64,000 nt of DNA, from assembly GCA_964016885.1 (NCBI GenBank), contig OZ024753.1, positions 16,182,001 through 16,246,000 of the forward strand, written 5' to 3'. This DNA comes from Eledone cirrhosa. Lineage: Eukaryota. This document shows, one piece after another, positions 41,371-54,700 of the stretch. Under the pieces are notes generated by a model. The model had not been told where the DNA came from, ran no database searches, and worked only from the letters and a program-made list of their open reading frames with translations. Numbering within the stretch: position 1 is the first letter of the stretch; every line of letters begins with the position of its first letter. The position numbers and the translations under genes were made by a program.

Positions 41371-43039
41371 CAACTACAGGAGAAGTACCTAGCTAAAAGT
41401 AAACCCCTATACTTAGCTTTTGTTGACTTGGAGAAAGCCTTTGACAGAGTCCCCCACTCCATTATCTGTTGGGCTCTTAGAAAACTAGGTGTAGATGAAT
41501 GGCTTGTGAGAGCTATACAAGCCATGTATAAAGAAACAGTCAGCAAGGTTAGAATTAACAATGAATATAGTGAAGAATTTAACATAAAGGTTGGTGTTCA
41601 TAAGGGCTCCGTCCTTAGCCCCCTACTATTTATTATTGCCCTTCAGGCTATAACAGAGGAGTTCAAGACCGGCTGCCCATGGGAACTCCTATACGCAGAT
41701 GACCTAACACTCATAGTTGAATCAATGGCCGAGCTAGAGAAGAAATTCCTAACATGGAAGCACGGCCTAGAATCAAAAGGCCTTAAAATTAACCTGGCTA
41801 AGACTAAAGTTCTAGTTTGTAAGAAAGAAAATAAGGCGGCGGTCCCTCCGGGAAGTGGCCATGCTCAGTGTGTAGGAAAGGCGTAGGTAGAAACTCCATT
41901 TTGTGTCCCAAATGCAAAGTATGGGTGCATAAAAGATGTAGTGGGAGCACAGGTAAGCTAACTAAGAACATAGATTTTACATGTGGCCGGTGCTCTGGTG
42001 CAATAAGTAGCAGCAAGTGCCCACAAAATACTAGCTCTTTCAACTGCGCAGAGGGTTCTATAGAAATAGTGGACAGCTTCCGTTACCTGGGTGACAAAAT
42101 CAGCAGTGGGGGAGGGTGCTCTGAAAGTACAGTAGCTAGAGTTAGAACTGGATGGAAAAAGTTCAGAGAGCTTATACCACTATTAGCCGCTAAAGGGTTC
42201 TCCCTAAAAATGAAAGGCAGGTTGTATGGTGCCTGCATACGAACAGCAATGTTGCATGGCAGTGAGACCTGGGCATTGTGTGCAGAGGATATACGCAGAC
42301 TAGAGAGAAACGAAGCTTGCATGCTCCGCTGGATGTGTAATAGTAATATACGTGAACGGCAAAGCATAAACGAAATAAGGAAAAAATTAGAAATAAGAGG
42401 GATCAGATGTTATTTACTCGAGAGAAGGCTACGTTGGTATGGTCACGTGATGCGCATGAAAGACGATAGCTGTATAACAATGTGCAGGGCAATAAAGATA
42501 GACGGTAGCCACGGAATAGGCAGACCCAGAAAGACCTGGGACGAGCTGATAAATTCCGACCTCTCACACTTACACCTCACCAAGACAATATCACTGGACC
42601 GAGACCTTTGGCGGTACTCAGTAATAGAGAAGACCCGCCTTACCTAAATACAAAGTAAAACCTACTACAGTCAGTAGGCTTCTCTAACAAAATACACCCC
42701 AGTCCCACCACCCCCACCCCATCCACACCGCCCCTTTCAATGTAAAGTTATGTTGGTACCACAACATCCAGGCCGAAACAAATGAGATCGTGTAGGTGTC
42801 ACGATAAAAAAACACACAGTTCACGCTGTAATGTGGCCATGTAGGCAACACGGTCAAAACCTCCCAGCCCCACACTGTAAATGTGGTTGGTGTTAGGAAG
42901 GGCATCCAGCTGTAGAAAACCCGCCAGACAGTCCTATGCGAGCAAGATAATCACTCTTGCCTCAAGTGGGAAAACCCCCGTCCAAACCCATGCAAGCGTG
43001 GAACACGGACGTTAAACGTTGATGCTGATGATGATGATG
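41371..43039 (+). mobile_element. RTE-clade LINE copy D (same subfamily as A and B), 5'-truncated
   Basis: QLQEKYLAK...YADD; frameshift near 41848; C-terminal ORF 41868-42647; (GAT)n tail. Confidence 0.95.
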
Positions 43040-43073
43040 TATATATATGGATGTATATATATATATATACATA

Positions 43074-43531
43074 TATTAAGCTTTATTACCCATTATATTG
43101 TATTGTAATTGTCATATTATATTACCATGTTGTATTTAATGTATTTGTATTATACTGTAATTTCAACGTTGGTTTGACATTTTACTCAATTTCTTGCCAT
43201 ATAATCTATTTTTATAACTGCAAACTTTTAGCTTTAGCATGCTTTTCCTTCATATCTCTCATAAGCTTTCATGGATATGAATTCCCTATTCTTCTGAGTT
43301 TTGGATTATTCTGGTCGTTAATGCTTCTTATCTGTTTAATTGCCCTGATGAGTCCTTATTAATGGGACGAAGCATTGTAGGCTAATAAAGACTTTTGATG
43401 TATTGAAGGCTTCTTTGTCTATTTTTATAATTTTTCGGTTCTGTTGTATTACATTGAGCTATATCCTATACTGTCATTTCTATAATACGACGAGGGTGTT
43501 TTACTCCAACGCACTCTAGTATTTTAATTCT
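43074..43531 (+). mobile_element. Penelope pseudo-LTR-like segment with hammerhead motif and AATAAA
   Basis: T-rich island between TA runs; hammerhead motif at 43342-43382 directly followed by AATAAA. Confidence 0.55.
43342..43382 (+). ncRNA. Minimal hammerhead ribozyme motif with a GAAA-to-GAAG core change
   Basis: GCC-CTGATGA-GTCC(TTATTAATG)GGAC-GAAG-CATTG-TA-GGC. Confidence 0.65.
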
Positions 43532-43663
43532 TATATATATATATATATACGTATCTCTATCTATATATATATGTACCTATCTCTCTCTATATATATATGT
43601 ACCTATCTCTCTCTCTATATATATGTACCTATCTCTCTCTCTATATATATATATATGTACGTA

Positions 43664-43695
<32 letters not shown>

Positions 43696-43782
43696 CGTAT
43701 CTCTATATATATATATGTACGTATCTCTCTCTCTCGATATATATATATATGTACGTATCTCTCTCTCTATATATATATATAT

Positions 43783-44768
43783 ATTCATTCAGGTTTGAGG
43801 TTCACCACTGGACAGAGCTGGTCAATTCCGTATGGTCAATCTTAATGTAATAATATGGAGAGTACTCAACGTAAAGCAGTTCAACCGTCTTTGTTTTTGT
43901 AGTTGGTGGTGCTAGTACGGAGTTAAATATTATAATGAAATGACAGGAGGCTGGATTTGTGTAAATCCTTGAAAGGTTTATTATACTATGATCATTTCAA
44001 TGACTGGGTTCCGTATGAATCCGGTGATATCATCAGGTATTCAAAATATAATACGTGAATGTAATAGATAAAATCCATGGGGCTGAAAATCAAAGACCTG
44101 AGGGCGACCGCCATCCAGCATCTTCTACCTTTGCCGGTCGCCCTCGAGTGACGTGGCTAAAGCTTACAGTGTGCTACTACCGGTCAAATAAAGGAAAATA
44201 GAAAGGGATAGGAACATAAGTTAGCGTTAATATCATGCTTATCTTCCTTCCCCTTTTTGTTTGCCTATATTTGACCGGTAATAGTTGTTGAGATACGGGT
44301 CCCTTAGAATAAAAAATTTTTCGCGACATTCCTGGCCTGACTGTAATACCGACCTTTCCTCCTCTTTCTTTCTGTCTTTCTTCTTATAGCTGACATTAAC
44401 CCTGGCTTCTCTTCTTCCTTCCCCCTTCTCTCTTCTTTCTTTCTTTTTTCTTGTGGCATGATATTAACGCTAACTTATGTTCCTATCCCTTTCTGTTTTC
44501 CTTTATTTGACCGGTAGTAGCACACTGTAAGCTTAAGCCACGTCACTCGAGGGCGACCGGCAAAGGTAGAAGATGCTGGATGGCGGTCGCCCTTGGGTCT
44601 TTGATTTTCAGCCCCATGGATTTTATCTATTACATTCACGTATTATATTTCGAATACCTGATGATATCACTGGATTCATACGGAACCCGGTCATTGAAAT
44701 GATCATAGTATAATAAACATTTCAAGGATTTACACAAATCAAGCCTCCTGTCATTTCATTATAATATT
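43783..44768. mobile_element. Fold-back element 3: 313-bp arms, 217-bp spacer, a hammerhead motif on each arm
   Basis: Arms 43926-44238 and 44456-44768; unpaired tail 43783-43925. Confidence 0.8.
44654..44711 (+). ncRNA. Minimal type I hammerhead ribozyme motif (mirror copy on minus strand at 43983-44040)
   Basis: ATAC-CTGATGA-stem II-GAAA-TGATCA (palindrome)-TA-GTAT, then AATAAA at 44712. Confidence 0.75.
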
Positions 44769-44777
44769 ATTATATAT

Positions 44778-45213
44778 AATTTATAAATTTCCGGTTGGTT
44801 CCACAACCAGACAATTGTTCATATATTGTCAAAATTCTTTCGTCACACATTCTGTGACATCTTCATTGACTGGGGATCCTTTTCTTTGTTTTTGTGCCTC
44901 TCCTTTGTTCTGTTCTACGCCATCTTGTTACAAGATGGCGTAGGACAGAACAAAGGAGAGGCACAAAACAAAGAAAAAATCCCCAGTAACTGAAGAGGTC
45001 ACAGAATGTGTGACGAAAGAACTTTGACAATATATGAACAACCGTCCGGTTATGGAACCAACCGGAAATTTATAAATTTAATTTATAATAAATTGGAGTG
45101 AAAGCAACTTGTGCGTGTGTTTCTTATTGGCAACATGACCCTCCCAAAGTATAACAATATCGGTTTCAACACGTTTTCAGATAAAGAATCTTGCTAAACA
45201 AATTCAGAAACGA
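44778..45213. mobile_element. Fold-back element 4: about 150-bp arms, 1-nt centre, hammerhead-like motif
   Basis: Arms 44778-44928 and 44930-45078; tail to about 45213. Confidence 0.75.
44986..45028 (+). ncRNA. Degenerate hammerhead-like motif
   Basis: CTGAAGA-G-GTCACA(GAATG)TGTGAC-GAAA-GAACTT-TGAC; the two-arm consensus gives stem I GTCA/TGAC. Confidence 0.5.
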
Positions 45214-45595
45214 AATATATATATATATATATATCTGTATATATATATGTATGTATATGTACATATATATGTATCTCTATCTATCTATCTATCTATCTAT
45301 ATAGATATATAGATAGATAGATAGATACATATATATGTATCTATCTATCTATCTATATATATATATATGCATCTATCTATCTATCTATATGTATCTATCT
45401 ATCTATCTATATGTATCTATCTATCTATCTATCTGTATCTATCTATCTGTATGTATCTATCTATCTATATGTATCTATCTATCTATCTATATGTATCTAT
45501 CTATCTATATGTATCTATCTATCTATCTATCTATCTATATATATACATATATATATATGTATATATACATATATCTATATATAATATACATACAT
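45214..45595. repeat. (TA)n/(ATCT)n compound microsatellite
   Basis: Direct reading. Confidence 0.9.
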
Positions 45596-45759
45596 AAAAA
45601 AAGAAAGCCATTATGTATCTCAAGGGAAGACAAGATGGAATTGGAGTTTTTTTTCAGAGATAATAAAGAACTTCTAACCACCACAACCACCATTTGTTGT
45701 TGTTGCTGCTACTGATACCCCTACTCTTGTTGATGTCATTGCTGTTGTTGTTGTTGTTG

Positions 45760-48700
45760 TTGTTACTGCTACTGTGATGTTATTGCTGCTGCTGCAGTTG
45801 CTGTTACTACAGTTGTTGCTACTGCTGCAGTTGTTACTACAGTTGTTGCTACTACAGTTGTTGCTACTGCTGCTGTTGTTACTACAGTTGTTACTACTGC
45901 TGCTGTTATTACTACAGTTGTTGCTACTGCTGCTGTTTTTACTACAGTTGTTGCTACTGCTGCTGTTTTAACTACAGTTGTTGCTACTGCTGCAGTTGTT
46001 ACTACAGTTGTTGCTACTGTTGTTGCTACTGCTGCAGTTGTTTCTACTGCTGCTGTTGTTACTACAGTTGTTGCTACTACAGTTGCTGCTACTGCTGCTG
46101 TTGTTACTACAGTTGTTGCTACTACAGTTGTTGCTACTACAGTTGTTGCTACTGCTGCAGTTGTTACTACAGTTGTTGCTACTACAGTTGTTGCTACTGC
46201 TGCAGTTGTTACTACAGTTGTTGCTACTGCTGCAGTTGTTACTACAGTTGTTGCTACTGCTGCAGTTGCTACAGTTGTTGCTACTGCTGCAGTTGTTACT
46301 ACAGTTGTTGCTACTGCTGCAGTTGTTGCTACAGTTGTTGCTACTGCTGCATTTACTACAGTTGTTGCTACTGCTGCAGTTGTTACTACAGTTGTTGCTA
46401 CTGCTGCAGTTGTTACTACAGTTGTTGCTACTACAGTTGTTGCTACTGCTGCAGTTGTTGCTACTGCTGCAGTTACTACAGTTGTTGCTACTGCTGCAGT
46501 TGTTGTTACTACAGTTGTTGCTACTGCTGCAGTTGTTGTTACTACAGTTGTTGCTACTGCTGCATTTACTACAGTTGTTGCTACTGCTGCAGTTGTTACT
46601 ACAGTTGTTGCTACTGCTGCAGTTGTTACTACAGTTGTTGCTACTGCTGCAGTTGTTACTGCTGCAGTTGTTACTACAGTTGTTGCTACTGCTGCAGTTG
46701 TTGTTACAGTTGTTGCTACTGCTTCAGTTGTTACTACAGTTGTTGCTACTGCTTCAGTTGTTACTACAGTTGTTGCTACTGCTGCAGTTGTTACTACAGT
46801 TGTTGCTACTGCTGCAGTTGTTACTACAGTTGTTGCTACTGCTGCAGTTGTTACTACAGTTGTTGCTACTGCTGCAGTTGTTACTACAGTTGTTGCTACT
46901 GCTGCAGTTGTTGTTACAGTTGTTGCTACTGCTGCAGTTGTTACAGTTGTTGCTACTGCTGCAGTTGTTACTACAGTTGTTGCTACTGCTGCAGTTGTTA
47001 CAGTTGTTGCTACTGCTGCAGTTGTTGTTACAGTTGTTGCTACTGCTGCAGTTGTTACTACAGTTGTTGCTACTGCTGCAGTTGTTGCTACTGCTGCTGT
47101 TGTTACTACAGTTGTTGCTACTGCTGCTGTTGTTACTACAGTTGTTGCTACTGCTGCAGTTGTTGTTACAGTTGTTGCTACTGCTGCAGTTGTTGTTACA
47201 GTTGTTGCTACTGCTGCAGTTGTTATTACAGTTGTTGCTACTGCTGCAGTTGTTATTACAGTTGTTGCTACTGCTGCTGTTGTTATTACAGTTGTTGCTA
47301 CTGCTGCAGTTGTTATTACAGTTGTTGCTACTGCTGCAGTTGTTACTACAGTTGTTGCTACTGCTGCAGTTGTTACTACAGTTGTTGCTACTGCTGCAGT
47401 TGTTACTACAGTTGTTGCTACTGCTGCAGTTGTTACTACAGTTGTTGCTACTGCTGCAGTTGTTACTACAGTTGTTGCTACTGCTGCAGTTGTTACTACA
47501 GTTGTTGCTACTGCTGCAGTTGTTACTACAGTTGTTGCTACTGCTGCAGTTGTTACTACAGTTGTTGCTACTGCTGCAGTTGTTACTACAGTTGTTGCTA
47601 CTGCTGCAGTTGTTACTACAGTTGTTGCTACTGCTGCAGTTGTTACTACAGTTGTTGCTACTGCTGCAGTTGTTACTACAGTTGTTGCTACTGCTGCAGT
47701 TGTTACTACAGTTGTTGCTACTGCTGCAGTTGTTACTACAGTTGTTGCTACTGCTGCAGTTGTTACTACAGTTGTTGCTACTGCTGCAGTTGTTGCTACT
47801 GCTGCAGTTGTTGTTACAGTTGTTGCTACTGCTGCAGTTGTTACAGTTGTTGCTACTGCTGCAGTTGTTGTTACAGTTGTTGCTACTGCTGCAGTTGTTA
47901 CTACAGTTGTTGCTACTGCTGCAGTTGTTACTACAGTTGTTGCTACTGCTGCAGTTGTTGCTACAGTTGTTGCTACTGCTGCAGTTGTTGCTACAGTTGT
48001 TGCTACTGCTGCATTTACTACAGTTGTTGCTACTGCTGCATTTACTACAGTTGTTGCTACTGCTGCATTTACTACAGTTGTTTCTACTGCTGCAGTTGTT
48101 ACTACAGTTGTTGCTACTGCTGCAGTTGTTGCTACAGTTGTTGCTACTACAGTTGTTACTACAGTTGTTGCTACTACAGTTGTTGCTACTGCTGCAGTTG
48201 TTACTACAGTTGTTGCTACTGCTGCTGTTGTTACTGCAGTTGTTGCTACTACAGTTGTTGTTACTGCAGTTGTTGCTACTGCTGCAGTTGTTACTACAGT
48301 TGTTGCTACTGCTGCAGTTGCTACAGTTGTTGCTACTGCTGCAGTTGCTACAGTTGTTGCTACTGCTGCAGTTGTTACTACAGTTGTTGCTACTGCTGCA
48401 GTTGTTACTACAGTTGTTGCTACTGCTGCAGTTGTTACTACAGTTGTTGCTACTGCTGCAGTTGTTACTACAGTTGTTGCTACTGCTGCAGTTGCTACAG
48501 TTGTTGCTACTGCTGCAGTTGTTACTACAGTTGTTGCTACTGCTGCAGTTGTTACTACAGTTGTTGCTACTGCTGCAGTTGCTACAGTTGTTGCTACTGC
48601 TGCAGTTGTTACTACAGTTGTTGCTACTGCTTCAGTTGTTACTACAGTTGTTGCTACTGCTGCAGTTGTTACTACAGTTGTTGCTACTGCTGCAGTTGTT

Positions 48701-51700
48701 ACTACAGTTGTTGCTACTGCTGCAGTTGTTACTACAGTTGTTGCTACTGCTGCAGTTACTACAGTTGTTGCTACTGCTGCAGTTACTACAGTTGTTGCTA
48801 CTGCTGCAGTTGTTACTACAGTTGTTGCTACTGCTGCAGTTGTTACTACAGTTGTTGCTACTGCTGCAGTTGTTACTGCAGTTGTTGCTACTGCTGCATT
48901 TGTTACTACAGTTGTTGCTACTGCTGCAGTTGTTACTACAGTTGTTGCTACTGCTGCAGTTGTTACTACAGTTGTTTCTACTGCTGCCGTTGTTACTACA
49001 GTTGTTGCTACTGCTGCCGTTGTTACTACAGTTGTTGCTACTGCTGCCGTTGTTACTACAGTTGGTGCTACTGCTGCAGTTGTTGCTACTGCTGCAGTTG
49101 TTACTACAGTTGTTGCTACTGCTGCAGTTGTTACTACAGTTGTTGCTACTGCTGCAGTTGTTACTACAGTTGTTACTACTGCTGCTGCTACTGCTGCAGT
49201 TGTTACTACAGTTGTTGCTACTGCTGCAGTTGTTACTACAGTTGTTGCTACTGCTGCAGTTGTTACTACAGTTGTTGCTACTGCTGCTGTTGTTACTACA
49301 GTTGTTGCTACTGCTGCAGTTACTACAGTTGTTGCTACTGCTGCAGTTGTTACTACAGTTGTTGCTACTGCTGCAGTTGTTACTACAGTTGTTGCTACTG
49401 CTGCAGTTGTTACTACTGCTGCAGTTGTTACTACAGTTGTTGCTACTGCTGCAGTTGTTACTACAGTTGTTGCTACTGCTGCAGTTGTTACTACAGTTGT
49501 TGCTACTGCTGCAGTTGTTACTACAGTTGTTGCTACTGCTGCAGTTGTTACTACAGTTGTTGCTACTGCTGCAGTTGCTACTACAGTTGTTGCTACTGCT
49601 GCAGTTGCTACTACAGTTGTTGCTACTGCTGCAGTTGTTACTACAGTTGTTGCTACTGCTGCAGTTGTTACTGCAGTTGTTGCTACTGCTGCAGTTGTTA
49701 CTACAGTTGTTGCTACTACAGTTGTTACTACAGTTGTTGCTACAGTTGTTGCTACTACAGTTGTTGCTACAGTTGTTGCTACTACAGTTGTTGCTACAGT
49801 TGTTGCTACTACAGTTGTTGCTACAGTTGTTGCTACTACAGTTGTTGCTACAGTTGTTGCTACTACAGTTGTTGCTACAGTTGTTGCTACTACAGTTGTT
49901 GCTACAGTTGTTGCTACAGTTGTTGCTACTACAGTTGCTACTACAGTTGTTGCTACAGTTGTTGCTACTACAGTTGTTAGTACAGTTGTTGCTACTACAG
50001 TTGTTACTATAGTTGTTGCTACTACAGTTGTTACTACAGTTGTTGCTACTACAGTTGTTGCTACAGTTGTTGCTACTACAGTTGTTACTACAGTTGTTGC
50101 TACTGCTGCAGTTGTTACTACAGTTGTTGCTACTACAGTTGTTACTACAGTTGTTGCTACTACAGTTGTTGCTACAGTTGTTGCTACTACAGTTGTTACT
50201 ACAGTTGTTGCTACTGCTGCAGTTGTTACTACAGTTGTTGCTACTACAGTTGTTACTACAGTTGTTGCTACTGCTGCAGTTGTTACTACAGTTGTTGCTA
50301 CTGCTGCAGTTGTTATTATAGTTGTTGCTACTGCTGCTGTTGTTACTACAGTTGTTGCTACTGCTGCAGTTGTTACTACAGTTGTTGCTACTACAGTTGT
50401 TGCTACAGTTGTTGCTACTACAGTTGTTACTACAGTTGTTGCTACTGCTGCAGTTGTTACTACAGTTGTTGCTACTACAGTTGTTACTACAGTTGTTGCT
50501 ACTGCTGCAGTTGTTACTGCAGTTGTTGCTACTGCTGCAGTTGTTACTACAGTTGTTGCTACTGCTGCTGTTGTTACTACAGTTGTTGCTACTGCTGCAG
50601 TTGTTACTACAGTTGTTGCTACTACAGTTGTTACTACAGTTGTTGCTACTGCTGCAGTTGTTGCTACTACAGTTGGTGCTACTACAGTTGTTACTACAGT
50701 TGTTGCTACTGCTGCAGTTGTTACTGTAGTTGTTGCTACTGCTGCTGTTGTTACTACAGTTGTTGCTACTGCTGCAGTTGTTACTACAGTTGTTGCTACT
50801 GCTGCAGTTGTTAATACAGTTGTTGCTACTGCTGCAGTTGTTACTACAGTTGTTGCTACTGCTGCAGTTGTTACTACAGTTGTTGCTACTGCTGCAGTTG
50901 TTACTACAGTTGTTGCTTCTGCTGGTGTTGTTACTACAGTTGTTGCTACTGCTGCAGTTGTTACTACAGTTGTTGCTACTGCTGCAGTTGTTACTACAGT
51001 TGTTGCTACTGCTGCAGTTGTTATTATAGTTGTTGCTACTGCTGCTGTTGTTGCTACAGTTGTTGCTACTGCTGCAGTTGTTACTACAGTTGTTGCTACT
51101 GCTGCAGTTGTTACTACAGTTGTTGCTACTGCTGCAGTTGCTACAGTTGTTGCTACTGCTGCAGTTGTTACTACAGTTGTTGCTACTGCTGCAGTTGTTA
51201 CTACAGTTGTTGCTACTGCTGCAGTTGTTACTACAGTTGTTGCTACTGCTGCAGTTGTTACTACAGTTGTTGCTACAGTTGTTGCTACTACAGTTGTTGC
51301 TAGTGCTGCTGTTGTTACTACAGTTGTTGCTACTGCTGCAGTTGTTACTACACTTGTTGCTACTGCTGCAGTTGTTACTACACTTGTTGCTACTGCTGCA
51401 GTTGTTACTACACTTGTTGCTACTGCTGCAGTTGTTACTACACTTGTTGCTACTGCTGCTGTTGTTACTACAGTTGTTGCTACTGCTGCAGTTGTTACTA
51501 CAGTGGTTGCTACTGCTGCAGTTGTTACTACTGCTGCAGTTGTTACTACAGTTGTTGCTACTGCTGCAGTTATTACTACAGTTGTTGCTACTACAGTTGT
51601 TGCTACTGCTGCTGTTGTTGTTACTACAGTTGTTGCTACTGCTGCAGTTGTTACTACAGTTGTTGCTACTGCTGCAGTTGTTACTACAGTTGTTGCTACT

Positions 51701-54700
51701 GCTGCAGTTGTTACTACAGTTGTTGCTACTGCTGCTGTTGTTACTACAGTTGTTGCTACTGCTGCAGTTGTTACTACAGTTGTTGCTACTGCTGCAGTTG
51801 TTACTACAGTTGTTGCTACTGCTGCAGTTGTTACTACAGTTGTTGCTACTACAGTTGTTGCTACTGCTGCAGTTGTTACTACAGTTGTTGCTACTGCTGC
51901 AGTTGTTACTACAGTTGTTGCTACTGCTGCAGTTGTTACTACAGTTGTTGCTACTACAGTTGTTGCTACTGCAGTTGTTACTACAGTTGTTGCTACTACA
52001 GTTGTTGCTATTGCTGCAGTTGTTACTACAGTTGTTGCTACTACAGTTGTTGCTACAGTTGTTGCTATTGCTGCAGTTGTTACTACAGTTGTTGCTACAG
52101 TTGTTGCTACTGCTGCAGTTGTTACTACAGTTGTTGCTACTGCTGCTGTTGTTACTACAGTTGTTACTACAGTTGTTGCTACTGCTGCAGTTGTTGCTAC
52201 AGTTGTTGCTACTGAAGCAGTTGTTACTACAGTTGTTGCTACTGCTGCTGTTACTACAGTTGTTACTACAGTTGTTGCTACTGCTGCAGTTGTTACTACA
52301 GTTGTTGCTACAGTTGTTGCTATTGCTGCAGTTGTTACTACAGTTGTTACTACAGTTGTTACTACAGTTGTTGCTACTGCTGCAGTTGTTACTACAGTTG
52401 TTGCTACTACAGTTGTTGCTACAGTTGTTGCTACTGCTGCAGTTGTTACTACAGTTGTTGCTACTACAGTTGTTACTACAGTTGTTGCTACTGCTGCAGT
52501 TGTTACTACAGTTGTTGCTACTGCTGCAGTTGTTACTACAGTTGTTGCTACTGCTGCAGTTGTTACTACAGTTGTTGCTACTGCTGCAGTTGTTACTACA
52601 GTTGTTGCTACTACAGTTGGTGCTACAGTTGGTGCTACTACAGTTGTTACTACAGTTGTTGCTACTGCTGCAGTTGTTACTACAGTTGTTGCTACTGCTG
52701 CAGTTGTTACTACAGTTGTTGCTACTGCTGCAGTTGTTACTACAGTTGTTGCTACTGCTGCTGTTGTTACTACAGTTGTTGCTACTGCTGCTGTTGTTAC
52801 TACAGTTGTTGCTACTGCTGCAGTTGTTGCAACAGTTGTTGCTACTGCTGCAGTTGTTACTACAGTTGTTGCTACTGCTGCAGTTGTTACTACAGTTGTT
52901 GCTACTGCTGCAGTTGTTGCTACTACAGTTGGTTCTACTACAGTTGTTACTACAGTTGTTGCTACTGCTGCAGTTGTTACTACAGTTGTTGCTACTGCTG
53001 CTGTTGTTACTACAGTTGTTGCGACTGCTGCTGTTGTTACTACAGTTGTTGCTACTGCTGCTGTTGTTACTACAGTTGTTGCTACTGCTGCTGTTGTTAC
53101 TACAGTTGTTGCTACTGCTGCTGTTGTTACTACAGTTGTTGCTACTGCTGCAGTTGTTACTACAGTTGTTGCTACTGCTGCAGTTGTTACTACAGTTGTT
53201 GCTACTGCTGCAGTTGTTACTACAGTTGTTGCTACTGCTGCAGTTGTTACTACAGTTGTTGCTACTGCTGCAGTTGTTACTACAGTTGTTGCTACTGCTG
53301 CAGTTGTTACTACAGTTGTTGCTACTGCTGCTGTTGTTACTACAGTTGTTGCTACTGCTGCAGTTGTTACTACAGTTGTTGCTACTGCTGCAGTTGTTAC
53401 TACAGTTGTTGCTACTGCTGCAGTTGTTACTACAGTTGTTGCTACTGCTGCGGTTGTTACTACAGTTGTTGCTACTGCTGCAGTTGTTATTATAGTTGTT
53501 GCTACTGCTGCTGTTGTTGCTACAGTTGTTGCTACTGCTGCAGTTGTTACTACAGTTGTTGCTACTGCTGCAGTTGTTACTACAGTTGTTGCTACTGCTG
53601 CAGTTGCTACAGTTGTTGCTACTGCTGCAGTTGTTACTACAGTTGTTGCTACTGCTGCAGTTGTTACTACAGTTGTTGCTACTGCTGCAGTTGTTACTAC
53701 AGTTGTTGCTACTGCTGCAGTTGTTACTACAGTTGTTGCTACAGTTGTTGCTACTACAGTTGTTGCTAGTGCTGCTGTTGTTACTACAGTTGTTGCTACT
53801 GCTGCAGTTGTTACTACACTTGTTGCTACTGCTGCAGTTGTTACTACACTTGTTGCTACTGCTGCAATTGTTACTACACTTGTTGCTACTGCTGCTGTTG
53901 TTACTACAGTTGTTGCTACTGCTGCAGTTGTTACTACAGTGGTTGCTACTGCTGCAGTTGTTACTACTGCTGCAGTTGTTACTACAGTTGTTGCTACTGC
54001 TGCAGTTGTTACTACAGTTGTTGCTACTACAGTTGTTGCTACTGCTGCTGTTGTTGTTACTACAGTTGTTGCTACTGCTGCAGTTGTTACTACAGTTGTT
54101 GCTACTGCTGCAGTTGTTACTACAGTTGTTGCTACTGCTGCAGTTGTTACTACAGTTGTTGCTACTGCTGCTGTTGTTACTACAGTTGTTGCTACTGCTG
54201 CAGTTGTTACTACAGTTGTTGCTACTGCTGCAGTTGTTACTACAGTTGTTGCTACTGCTGCAGTTGTTACTACAGTTGTTGCTACTACAGTTGTTGCTAC
54301 TGCTGCAGTTGTTACTACAGTTGTTGCTACTGCTGCAGTTGTTACTACAGTTGTTGCTACTGCTGCAGTTGTTACTACAGTTGTTGCTACTACAGTTGTT
54401 GCTACTGCAGTTGTTACTACAGTTGTTGCTACTACAGTTGTTACTACAGTTGTTGCTATTGCTGCAGTTGTTACTACAGTTGTTGCTACTACAGTTGTTG
54501 CTACAGTTGTTGCTATTGCTGCAGTTGTTACTACAGTTGTTGCTACAGTTGTTGCTACTGCTGCAGTTGTTACTACAGTTGTTGCTACTGCTGCTGTTGT
54601 TACTACAGTTGTTACTACAGTTGTTGCTACTGCTGCAGTTGTTGCTACAGTTGTTGCTACTGAAGCAGTTGTTACTACAGTTGTTGCTACTGCTGCTGTT

